From NCBI GenBank assembly GCA_963718915.1, contig CAVRAI010000003.1, positions 300,001 to 332,000 of the forward strand: a stretch of 32,000 bases of DNA, in the 5' to 3' direction. Origin of the DNA: an uncultured Chloroflexia bacterium. Lineage in GTDB: Bacteria; Chloroflexota; Ktedonobacteria; Ktedonobacterales; JADMIN01. The notes below the pieces were generated by a model. The model searched no databases. It was not told the DNA's origin and was given only the letters and a program-made list of their open reading frames with translations. This document shows, in pieces, positions 1 to 7,426 of the stretch. Every line of letters begins with the position of its first letter. Positions within the stretch are counted from its first letter, which is position 1. A program made the position numbers and the translations under genes.

Positions 1-464
1 GCGTCGGCGAGCAGTTGATGGAGCGCGGGCGAGAACGACGGGAGGTTCGCGGTGACGAAGATGAAGGCGTGACGATGCGCCAGTTGAGGATCCGCCATGA
101 CGGCCTGGAGCAGCTCCTCGCCATTCATACGCGGCATCTTGTAGTCCAGCAGCACAATCAGCGGGCGCGGGCTGGTGCGAAGCTGATCGAGGCCAAACAC
201 GCCATCGGCGGCATCGCTGACTGTATAACCTTCAAATTGCAGCACGTCTCGCAGCATTGTCCGAATATCAGGCTCGTCATCCACGACGAGAATTTGCCAG
301 TCAGACGCCTTCGTGGATCCCGCGCTCATGCCTGGGGATGGAGCGCCCGAAAGTTCGGGGTCGCTGTTACTGACAGGCAAAGGGGACACCGAGTGGTCGA
401 TGATCACTTCGGATTGCATCGATTCGGTGACCGCGGATATGATGCTCATCAGCGTTCTCGCCAT
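1..464 (-). CDS. response regulator receiver-domain protein (3' end runs off the window)
   Basis: Manual minus-strand translation from the ATG at plus 462-464, with an AAGAGG RBS 7 nt upstream. It gives ...DWQILVVDDEPDIRTMLRDVLQFEGYTVSDAADG...PLIVLLDYKMPRMNGEELL, a CheY-like receiver with the DD pair and the D-x-K-M-P motif. There is no stop before position 1, so it is absent from the ORF track. An alternative start (MSAGSTK) lies at 329. Confidence 0.8.
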   Translation of the reverse strand, partial: MARTLMSIISAVTESMQSEVIIDHSVSPLPVSNSDPELSGAPSPGMSAGSTKASDWQILVVDDEPDIRTMLRDVLQFEGYTVSDAADGVFGLDQLRTSPRPLIVLLDYKMPRMNGEELLQAVMADPQLAHRHAFIFVTANLPSFSPALHQLLAD

Positions 465-1006
465 GACGAGACCTCTTGCCGTGTCGTTTAGAGTCGATCT
501 GGGTCGATCTGGCCATAGAAACGGGGCATCATGCTCCCGCCATGCGCCGCGTCAAATAGCGCTCTTGCCTGTGTGGCGACGCCCATGGCCGAAACTACGG
601 TGAGTCTATCATGGCCACATAAGACATAACATCGGCAATAGTACCGGATTTCAGGCTGATTGTGGCGCTATGAAATGCGCGCCACATAGGCTTCCTGGGG
701 TGCGCGCATATGCTACCTTTCACATGAAACGCAGTGCAATGATCGAGACAGACTCCTCACGCAAGCCAGACTCAGGCCAAACGCGCGGGCGCATGGAGCA
801 CGGTGGAAGCTGGCTCTCGGCCTATGGCTAGGCCTGAGCGCGCCATCAGGTAAGTCCGAAACACCCTCCACAAACTCTCCTTCAGAGTTAGGACTTGTGC
901 GGCTATACGGGTTACTCTGGTGGCGTACATTTACACATCATGCGCCATGGCTGCCAGCGTAGCGACGAGTATTAGAAGAGTACTTCAGGCGGTCGGGGCA
1001 TTCGCA

Positions 1007-1047
1007 TCCAGAGCGTATCCAGGCGTATCCAGAGCGTATCCAGAGCA
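1007..1047 (+). repeat. tandem direct repeat, 10-11 bp unit TCCAG(A)GCGTA x3.8
   Basis: Read directly: tccagagcgta tccaggcgta tccagagcgta tccagagca. It ends about 3 nt before the GGGAGAAG RBS of the 1065 ORF. Confidence 0.85.
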
Positions 1048-1064
1048 CAGGGAGAAGTGGTCTC

Positions 1065-2510
1065 ATGATTACAACAGTCACCCCACGCAGTACTGAGACG
1101 CAGACGTATACCTGGGATCGGGACTTGTCGTCAAAGACGGCGAGCTATGCCGCTGGTAAAGCGCTCCGTGCGAGAACCCCCCGCACCAGCCATGCCGAAT
1201 GGGCGCCAGGCGCCAAACGCTCCGATCCGATCAGCCTCCTGCAAGAAGAAAACAGGTCCCGATTGAAGCAGTTGGTGCCTATCCGATTTGGGCGGATGGC
1301 GTTATCGCCCTTTGCGTTCTATCGAGGAGCCGCCAATATCATGGCGAATGATCTGGCGACAACTCCCACCTCAGGCATCATGGCGCACCTCTGCGGTGAT
1401 GCGCATATCTGCAACTTCGGCGCATACGCCGCTCCGGATCGTCGGCTGGTCTTCGATGTGAACGACTTTGATGAGACCCACGTCGGACCATGGGAATGGG
1501 ATCTCAAGCGGCTGGCTGTCAGTGTTGCCCTGGTCGGTCGGCAGAACAGCTACAGCAGCGCAATATGCAGGCAGGCTGTGCTAAAGTGCGTTCAGAGCTA
1601 TCGCGAGAGTATGCAACGGTTCGCGCAGATGACGCACCTTCAGGTATGGTATGCCCGCATCGAGATAGAGACACTCCTCGCGATGGCGCGTAACGCCGGT
1701 ATACGCAGGCATGCGGAAGCGCGGATCGAAAGGCGTGTGAAAAGAGCCGAGGCGCAGGCAGTCAGGCATACAAACCTGGACACCTTTCCGAAGCTGGCCG
1801 AAGAAGTCGATAGACGATTCCGCATCAAGGATGAGCCGCCTCTCATCTCACATTTCGATCCATTGGACCCCGATCTGGAGAGCCTGGACGCAGACCAGTG
1901 GCATACCTTTGTCCGAGAATACCTGGCGTCCCTGCCAGACGAGCTGCGCATGCTGGTCAACCGCTATCGCGTCGTTGACCTCGCCCAGAAGGTCGTGGGG
2001 GTGGGGAGCGTCGGCACGCGCTGCGCCGTCGTCCTGGCATTAGGCGGAGCGGAGGGTGACGATCCACTGTTCATACAGATCAAGGAGGCGTCCGCCTCGG
2101 TACTCGAGCCTTATCTGGGGGCAAGTCCATATCCGAACCATGGACAACGGGTGGTCGTGGGTCAGCGTTTGATGCAGGCAGCCAGCGACATCCTTTTGGG
2201 CTGGTCGACGATGGATGGGCGAGACTATTATTCGCGGCAGTTGCGGGATATGAAATTCTCGGCGGAGATCGAGACGATGCACCCCAAAATGTATGTCCTC
2301 TACGTTGGGTTATGTGGCGCAACCCTGGCGCGGGCGCATGCACGGACAAGTGATCCCGCACGAATCAGTGGATATCTGGGGCGCCGAGACACCTTCGACC
2401 AGGCCATCGCCACATTTGCCGAAGCGTATGCTGACCAGACCGAACGTGACCACGCGCGTCTCCTCGCGGCTATAAAGGATGGGCGCATCAAGGCGCAAAC
2501 CGGCGTGTAG
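1065..2510 (+). CDS. DUF2252 domain-containing protein
   Basis: 481-aa ORF with RBS GGGAGAAG. The segments LVPIRFGRMALSPFAFYRGAA...HLCGDAHICNFG...LVFDVNDFDETHVGPWEWDLKRLAVS match my recollection of the DUF2252 family signature. Confidence 0.7.
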   Translation: MITTVTPRSTETQTYTWDRDLSSKTASYAAGKALRARTPRTSHAEWAPGAKRSDPISLLQEENRSRLKQLVPIRFGRMALSPFAFYRGAANIMANDLATTPTSGIMAHLCGDAHICNFGAYAAPDRRLVFDVNDFDETHVGPWEWDLKRLAVSVALVGRQNSYSSAICRQAVLKCVQSYRESMQRFAQMTHLQVWYARIEIETLLAMARNAGIRRHAEARIERRVKRAEAQAVRHTNLDTFPKLAEEVDRRFRIKDEPPLISHFDPLDPDLESLDADQWHTFVREYLASLPDELRMLVNRYRVVDLAQKVVGVGSVGTRCAVVLALGGAEGDDPLFIQIKEASASVLEPYLGASPYPNHGQRVVVGQRLMQAASDILLGWSTMDGRDYYSRQLRDMKFSAEIETMHPKMYVLYVGLCGATLARAHARTSDPARISGYLGRRDTFDQAIATFAEAYADQTERDHARLLAAIKDGRIKAQTGV

Positions 2511-2597
2511 TCTCCACACCGTGCGTTGAGCGGGATACGCTCGGTGGAGATGGTCATGGCATTCCGCACAGGCGGCGTGGCAACCATCAGCCTGAGC

Positions 2598-2951
2598 CTA
2601 CTGCGTTGTGTCGCCTGAGGTGGATATTTGAGATCCCCGTCCGATTAGGCTTCTGAGTGCGCGATTGACCGCTTCTGAATTCGGAAAGTAGGCGCGCACA
2701 TCGGGATCCAGCACCACGGTTCCGGGGCGAGGCGTCACGTCACGCACCTCCGTCGTGCCATCACTGTGATGGATGACCATGGTATAACCATCGCGCATGG
2801 CCATCGCATGCTTGCCACGTACGCCCTGTGAAAAATCATACTCAGGGGCTATGCCTACGTCCTCCCTATCCTCCCTCTCGTTCTCATCGCCATTGTCATT
2901 GTCGTCTGGTCGGTCCTGTGCTCCCTGACCGCTAGCTCTCTGTTTGCTCAT
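2598..2951 (-). CDS. BrnA-like type II antitoxin (partner of the DUF497 toxin)
   Basis: Internal ATG at 2951 (MSKQRAS...) preceded by a GGAGAA RBS, 29 nt downstream of the toxin stop. It has the EYDFSQGVRGKH motif and a C-terminal VVLDPDVRAYFPNSEAVNRALRSLI, typical of antitoxins paired with BrnT. The upstream part of the 186-aa ORF overlaps brnT out of frame and is discounted. Confidence 0.65.
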   Translation of the reverse strand: MSKQRASGQGAQDRPDDNDNGDENEREDREDVGIAPEYDFSQGVRGKHAMAMRDGYTMVIHHSDGTTEVRDVTPRPGTVVLDPDVRAYFPNSEAVNRALRSLIGRGSQISTSGDTTQ

Positions 2952-2979
2952 AGGTTCTCCGCTCTGCTCTGGTTGCTGG

Positions 2980-3216
2980 TCAGCAACTAATGATGCGAAT
3001 GGTCTCGTCACGTTCGGTGTAGACGACGACGAGGAGACGTCCGCTGCTGGATTCTCCAATATCCACGAAACGATCCTCCTCATCTGAATGTGTCTCATCA
3101 ACAATGGTGAGTGAGAGAGGATCCGCAAAGACAGTTGCCGCTTCATCAAAACTGACACCGTGCTTTTGCTCGTTCAGGAGCGCTTTGGACTCGTCCCACT
3201 CAAATCTCGTGCCCAT
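2980..3216 (-). CDS. brnT: BrnT-family (DUF497) ribonuclease toxin
   Basis: 78 aa. FEWDESKALLNEQKHGVSFDEAATVFADP...RLLVVVYTERDETIRIIS is the DUF497/BrnT signature. Confidence 0.8.
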   Translation of the reverse strand: MGTRFEWDESKALLNEQKHGVSFDEAATVFADPLSLTIVDETHSDEEDRFVDIGESSSGRLLVVVYTERDETIRIISC

Positions 3217-3337
3217 ACTACCCCGTTTCGTGCTCGCGGGACGACCGCTACACCGCTACAGCGTAGCACAGAAATCTTGATAAGGAATGGTGCGTACAGG
3301 CGCAACTGACTCCGCAGGCTATTTGCTATACGGCCAA

Positions 3338-3353
3338 CGTTTCACGTGAAACG
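3338..3353. other. parS: parS (ParB-binding centromere-like site), CGTTTCACGTGAAACG
   Basis: Perfect 14-bp core GTTTCACGTGAAAC and a 16-bp perfect palindrome. It lies in the divergent intergenic region between brnT and the 3413 ORF and matches the conserved parS consensus tGTTNCACGTGAAACa. Confidence 0.8.
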
Positions 3354-3412
3354 GCAATTGACATATACAGAGTACCCTAATAGCTTGCCCTTGACGAACC
3401 TCATCCGCTACA

Positions 3413-4231
3413 ATGACGCGCGAGGGCGGCGCGTATTCTGAGCCTCCCGCCTGCTCGCGGAAGGACAAACTTTCTCCGATGATTCAAGACTGGCAAGAGC
3501 GTCTGCGTGCCTTCTGGAGCGCGAGCCGCCGCAATCAGATAGCCGTTCTCATATCAGGTGTCGTACTCGTTGCGTTGATCGTGGGCAGCATCTCGCTCCT
3601 CACAAATCGCGGTGGCGCATCGGCTAACGGGGTTGCCCAGGCGACCGCGACATCGCACCCGCAGACCACCACGCCCGCTGGCCCCACACCGAACACTGGG
3701 CCAACGGCTACACCGCTTCCGACGAAACCCGTCAGTCTGGCGGTCGTTGGGGGTACCGAGGCTGGCTTCACCGCCGTCTTTGGCAAACCCACGAGCACGG
3801 GTGTTGATAGTGGCAACAACCTGCCAACCGTGGACTACAAGGGGGGCGGGCCAATCGGCGGCATTACCATCGAGCTGGATAGTACCAAGAGCTATGTAGT
3901 CGGCGTGGTCCTCACCCCACCACAGAACACGCCGTTCGACTCGACGAGCGTACAGGTGATTTCGCCGCACTTCGCGCCGCCCGACGCGACTTACGATTCC
4001 GCTGCGCCCATCACCAATGGCTCCAACGAGGAGGTAGGCATCTTCCAGCTTGGCCACAGCGCACTGCTGGCCAATACCATCCCGGAGAGCGCCTTTACCG
4101 ACACCCAGGGTCAGCCAGTCACCGCCGGAACATTCTCCGTCGAGATTTACTACATCGAAGGGGGTGGCGGAAAACTGGCCTACGCCATCACCTTGCGTCT
4201 AGGGGATCAGCCCGCCAGCCCGTCAGCGTAA
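3413..4231 (+). CDS. hypothetical membrane-anchored / secreted protein
   Basis: 272-aa ORF with one N-terminal TM segment (IAVLISGVVLVALIVGSISLL) followed by a Thr/Pro-rich linker and a globular region. No family recognised. An alternative start (MIQDWQ) lies at 3479. Confidence 0.55.
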   Translation: MTREGGAYSEPPACSRKDKLSPMIQDWQERLRAFWSASRRNQIAVLISGVVLVALIVGSISLLTNRGGASANGVAQATATSHPQTTTPAGPTPNTGPTATPLPTKPVSLAVVGGTEAGFTAVFGKPTSTGVDSGNNLPTVDYKGGGPIGGITIELDSTKSYVVGVVLTPPQNTPFDSTSVQVISPHFAPPDATYDSAAPITNGSNEEVGIFQLGHSALLANTIPESAFTDTQGQPVTAGTFSVEIYYIEGGGGKLAYAITLRLGDQPASPSA

Positions 4232-4246
4232 TAACTTAGCGATGGC

Positions 4247-5167
4247 CTACGGTACTGGCCGGAGCGTATGAAGCAGGTCCGCCTCGGCGAGTAGCCCGCG
4301 CAGGCGCACACGCTCGCCCTCATTGAGCGGCGGCAGCGGACGGCGTGGCGCGCCACCGTAGTGCGCCACGAATTCGAGCGCGGCCTTGAGGCCCGCAACC
4401 CCAAAGCCCGACGTGATGGCGGCGTTGACAGGGATCAGCCGCGCCTGGAGCGCGCGCGCCTCCTCCAGTTTGCCCGTCTGCCAGAGGTCAACCAGTCGCA
4501 GGCATTCGCGGGGGGCGATATTGGCAAGCGCCGCGATGGCCCCCCGCGCGCCAACCGCCAGCGCTGGCAAGAGAAAACCGGCGCTGCCCGCCAGCACGAC
4601 AAAGCCCTCGCGCGCCTCGGCAACCACTTGCGCCATCTTGGCGACATTGCCCGAGCTATCCTTGAGACCAATGATGTTGGGATGCGCCGAGAGAGCGATC
4701 ACCGTTTCGGCGTCCAGATCAATACCAGCCGCGTTGGCAGGCATGTTGTAGATCATCACGGGAAGTGGGCTGCCATCGGCTACCGCCAGATAGTGCGCCC
4801 GCAGGGTGAAGCCATCCATCCTTGGGCGATAGTGGTGCGGTGGCAGCACCAGCGCCACATCAGCGCCAGCCTCCGCCGCCAGATGGCACAACGCGAGCGT
4901 GGCCCGCGTCGAGTTGTCGCCAACCCCCGCCAGCACCTGCGCCTCCGCGCCCATCTCTTCGCGCACCGTCGCGATCACCCGTCGCCGCTCGTCTGGGTCG
5001 AGGTGTACCGCCTCGCCATTCGAGCCAAGCGCGACGATATTGGCGATCCCCGCCGCCTTCAGTCGCTTCAGATGTTCGCGCAGTGTCGCCAGATCGAGGT
5101 CTTCGTCTTCGTCGAAGAACGTCGGAACCGGAGGATAGATGCCAGCGATGGTTGGTGATGTGTTCAT
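4247..5167 (-). CDS. dihydrodipicolinate synthase family (DapA-like) class I aldolase
   Basis: Start taken at MNTSPTIAGIYPPVPTFF. Supporting segments are ALGSNGEAVHLDPDERRRV, MIYNMP and GLKDSSGN (Schiff-base lysine context). The substrate cannot be assigned from sequence. Confidence 0.8.
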   Translation of the reverse strand: MNTSPTIAGIYPPVPTFFDEDEDLDLATLREHLKRLKAAGIANIVALGSNGEAVHLDPDERRRVIATVREEMGAEAQVLAGVGDNSTRATLALCHLAAEAGADVALVLPPHHYRPRMDGFTLRAHYLAVADGSPLPVMIYNMPANAAGIDLDAETVIALSAHPNIIGLKDSSGNVAKMAQVVAEAREGFVVLAGSAGFLLPALAVGARGAIAALANIAPRECLRLVDLWQTGKLEEARALQARLIPVNAAITSGFGVAGLKAALEFVAHYGGAPRRPLPPLNEGERVRLRGLLAEADLLHTLRPVP

Positions 5168-5174
5168 CTCGTCC

Positions 5175-6722
5175 CTACCTCTTTTTGCCGCCGCTCTTGC
5201 CCGCACTCTTCGTTGCGGACTTCTTATCAGCGGACGCCTTGCTACCGGTCTTCTCGGCTTTCCCAGCGGCCTCGGCTTTCTTGCCGTTGCTGGCAGCCTT
5301 GGCCTTCGCGTTCATCGTCGCCGGGCGTGCCAGCACAGCGGGATCGTTGCCGATAATCGTCAGGAAGCGAATCGCCTGCCGGATCAGATGGTAGAAGTTG
5401 GGCACATGATATTTCTCGTTGGGCGCGTGGATGTTGTCATCGGGCAGGCCCGTGCCCATAAAGATGACCGGCACATGTAGCTCGCTATCGAAGAGCGCGC
5501 CAACTGGAATCGAGCCGCCCTCACGCTCGAAAACCGGCGGGCGTCCCCACTCCTGCTCGAGCGCCTGCTCCGCCGCGCGGATATAGACGCTATCGAGCGG
5601 CACCAGCACGCCACGACCGCCATGCACATCATGCACCGTCATCTTGACGCCCGGCGGGCATAGCTCGGCGACGCGCTTCTTCAGCAGGCCAAGCACCTCA
5701 TCGGGATCGAGTTCGGGGGGCAGCCGCAGGCTTACCTTCGCTTTAGCCGTCGCCGGGATAACCGTCTTCGCGCCCTCGCCAACGAATCCGCCAACGATGC
5801 CATGTACCTCCAGCGTCGGGCGGAATCCGAGCCGCTCGGTGGGTTCGTAGTCCTGCTCGCCGGGCAACACCTTCACGCCCATATCATGCTTGAGCTGGGC
5901 CGAGACATCCACCGGGTTGCGCTTCCAGAGCGCGCGCTCGTCATCGCTGATTGGTTTCAGCTTTTTGTAGAGCTGAGGAATGGTGATGTGGCCGTCGCGG
6001 CCCTTCAACTCCGCAAGCACAATCGCCAGCGCGTGGATGGGATTGGGGGCAACGCCCCCATAGGCGCCGGAGTGCAGATCCTGCTTTGCGCCACGCGCCT
6101 CGATCTCGGTGTAGACGATGCCGCGCAGGCCGTAGACGAGCGAGGGCACGCCCGGCGCGGGCATGCCAGTATCGGCGACCAGCGCCACGTCGCAGGCAAG
6201 CTCTTTGGGATGCGCGCGCACATACGCCTCGATGGCCTCGCCGCCGTACTCTTCCTCGCCCTCGATCAGCACCTTCAGATTGACCGGGAACGTGCCGCCG
6301 CTGGTGCGCGAGAGCGACTCCAGCGCCTTGACGAGGCCGAGCATCTGCCCCTTGTCGTCCACCGCGCCGCGCGCATAGAGGTTGTCGTCGCGCACCTCCG
6401 GCTCGAAGGGCTCGCTCTTCCACTCATCTATTGGGTCAACCGGCTGCACATCGTAGTGGCCGTAGACCAGCACCGTCGGCTTCTCGGGCGCCGCCAGCCA
6501 CTCGCCATAGACAAGCGGATGGCCCGCCGTCTTGATGACCTTGACCTTCTTCAGCCCAATGACGTTGAGCTGATCCGCCACAAACTGGGCCGCCCGCTGC
6601 ACATCTTTCGCGTGTTCGGGCAGTGTGCTGATGCTTGGGATGCGCAAGAGCGCCTTGAGGTCGTCGAGAAATGCGTCACGATGCTCGTCCGCGTAGGCGA
6701 GCGCTGCGTCAGGTACTTTCAT
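5175..6722 (-). CDS. M20 family metallopeptidase / dipeptidase with Lys/Ala-rich C-terminal tail
   Basis: Start at MKVPDAALAYADEHRDAF (ATG at 6720-6722, RBS GGTGGA). YGHYDVQPVDPIDEWKSEPFEP...ARGAVDDKGQ is the M20 metal-binding signature. The upstream 76 codons of the track ORF lack homology and overlap the promoter region. Confidence 0.8.
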   Translation of the reverse strand: MKVPDAALAYADEHRDAFLDDLKALLRIPSISTLPEHAKDVQRAAQFVADQLNVIGLKKVKVIKTAGHPLVYGEWLAAPEKPTVLVYGHYDVQPVDPIDEWKSEPFEPEVRDDNLYARGAVDDKGQMLGLVKALESLSRTSGGTFPVNLKVLIEGEEEYGGEAIEAYVRAHPKELACDVALVADTGMPAPGVPSLVYGLRGIVYTEIEARGAKQDLHSGAYGGVAPNPIHALAIVLAELKGRDGHITIPQLYKKLKPISDDERALWKRNPVDVSAQLKHDMGVKVLPGEQDYEPTERLGFRPTLEVHGIVGGFVGEGAKTVIPATAKAKVSLRLPPELDPDEVLGLLKKRVAELCPPGVKMTVHDVHGGRGVLVPLDSVYIRAAEQALEQEWGRPPVFEREGGSIPVGALFDSELHVPVIFMGTGLPDDNIHAPNEKYHVPNFYHLIRQAIRFLTIIGNDPAVLARPATMNAKAKAASNGKKAEAAGKAEKTGSKASADKKSATKSAGKSGGKKR

Positions 6723-6887
6723 TCCCGTTTCCACCTTCCCCACTTCTACCGATACAGCCGACGCCCCACAAGCATCGGGCGCACTGTGCCATGGCGAGTA
6801 TGCGCCAGAACGGCCCGCGGCGCATGGCCAGCCCATTCCTTTTATCGTAACAGCAGGGGTGCGGGCTGTCCAGCAGGAAACCCTACC

Positions 6888-6903
6888 TTTTACACGTGAA
6901 ACA
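6888..6903. other. degenerate parS-like site TTTTACACGTGAAACA (14/16)
   Basis: The right half-site and the CACGTG core are perfect; there are two mismatches in the left half. It is intergenic, between the divergent M20 peptidase gene and the valS leader. Confidence 0.5.
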
Positions 6904-6937
6904 GTGACCCAATGCCACGTAAGACGGATACGGCAGC

Positions 6938-6967
6938 TTGACAGGGGCATACGACGTTGGCTATAGT
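6938..6967 (+). promoter_or_regulatory. sigma-70-type promoter of the valS leader
   Basis: TTGACA (6938-6943), an 18-nt spacer, then TATAGT (6962-6967), read directly. Confidence 0.6.
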
Positions 6968-6973
6968 GTCGGC

Positions 6974-7370
6974 AACGGTCAGCCGATGCTGGCCGCTCCG
7001 TTGGGAGGAGTACGCGCAGCAGCGCCGCATAGAGAGTGGGATCGCGTGAGGCAGGTCACGCGGCTGAAAGTCCCGCCAGCGCCGATACGCGGAAGGTCGC
7101 CCAGCGAGAACAATGACTGAAGAAAGCCCACCAGGTGGGCGAGTAGATCAGTCCGGGAAAGCCCGTTACAGCGATGCCCTGATTCAGCGCGCATATCGTG
7201 CGCCCGTCGGGGAAATAAGCGCGTCGGAGCGGCAACGTCCCGGCGTATTCGAGGTGGTACCGCGGAAGGCCGCGTGCGGATTCCCTGAAGCTTCGGCGAC
7301 GGAGCATCAGTGGCATATCTGACGAGCTCGCCCTTTCGTCCTCGCGGAGGACGGAGTGGGCGTTTTTTGT
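6974..7370 (+). promoter_or_regulatory. T-box riboswitch leader (valine specifier) controlling valS
   Basis: T-box sequence GAGGUGGUACCGCG at 7251-7264, including UGGU. An AGAGAG (AG-bay-like) element lies at 7031-7036 and an F-box-like CCGUUA at 7162-7167. The candidate specifier is GAAG-GUC-G at 7092-7099 (GUC = Val). An intrinsic terminator follows directly at 7329-7370, and valS begins 57 nt later. Confidence 0.85.
7329..7370 (+). terminator. intrinsic terminator of the T-box attenuator
   Basis: cgccctttcgtcctc / gaggacggagtgggcg forms a ~15-bp stem with one bulge and a GCG loop, followed by TTTTTTGTT. Confidence 0.8.
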
Positions 7371-7426
7371 TGCCCGTTTTCAGGGCTACATGCCCCGCCG
7401 CGCATCCCACCAGAAGGAGAACCGCC

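Noticed and set aside
724-831. 35-codon ORF (MKRSAMIETDSSRKPDSGQTRGRMEHGGSWLSAYG) starting inside the degenerate parS-like site at 716-731.
   Set aside because: No RBS and no recognisable features; it is below any reasonable evidence threshold.
5802-6899. 365-aa ORF on the plus strand opposite the M20 peptidase. Similar long antisense ORFs occur at 4361-5158, 20973-22262, 25921-27264, 28131-29051 and 29245-29961.
   Set aside because: These are shadow ORFs typical of high-GC DNA. They are Arg/His/Gly/Pro-rich with no recognisable motifs, and each is fully antisense to a gene with strong family signatures.
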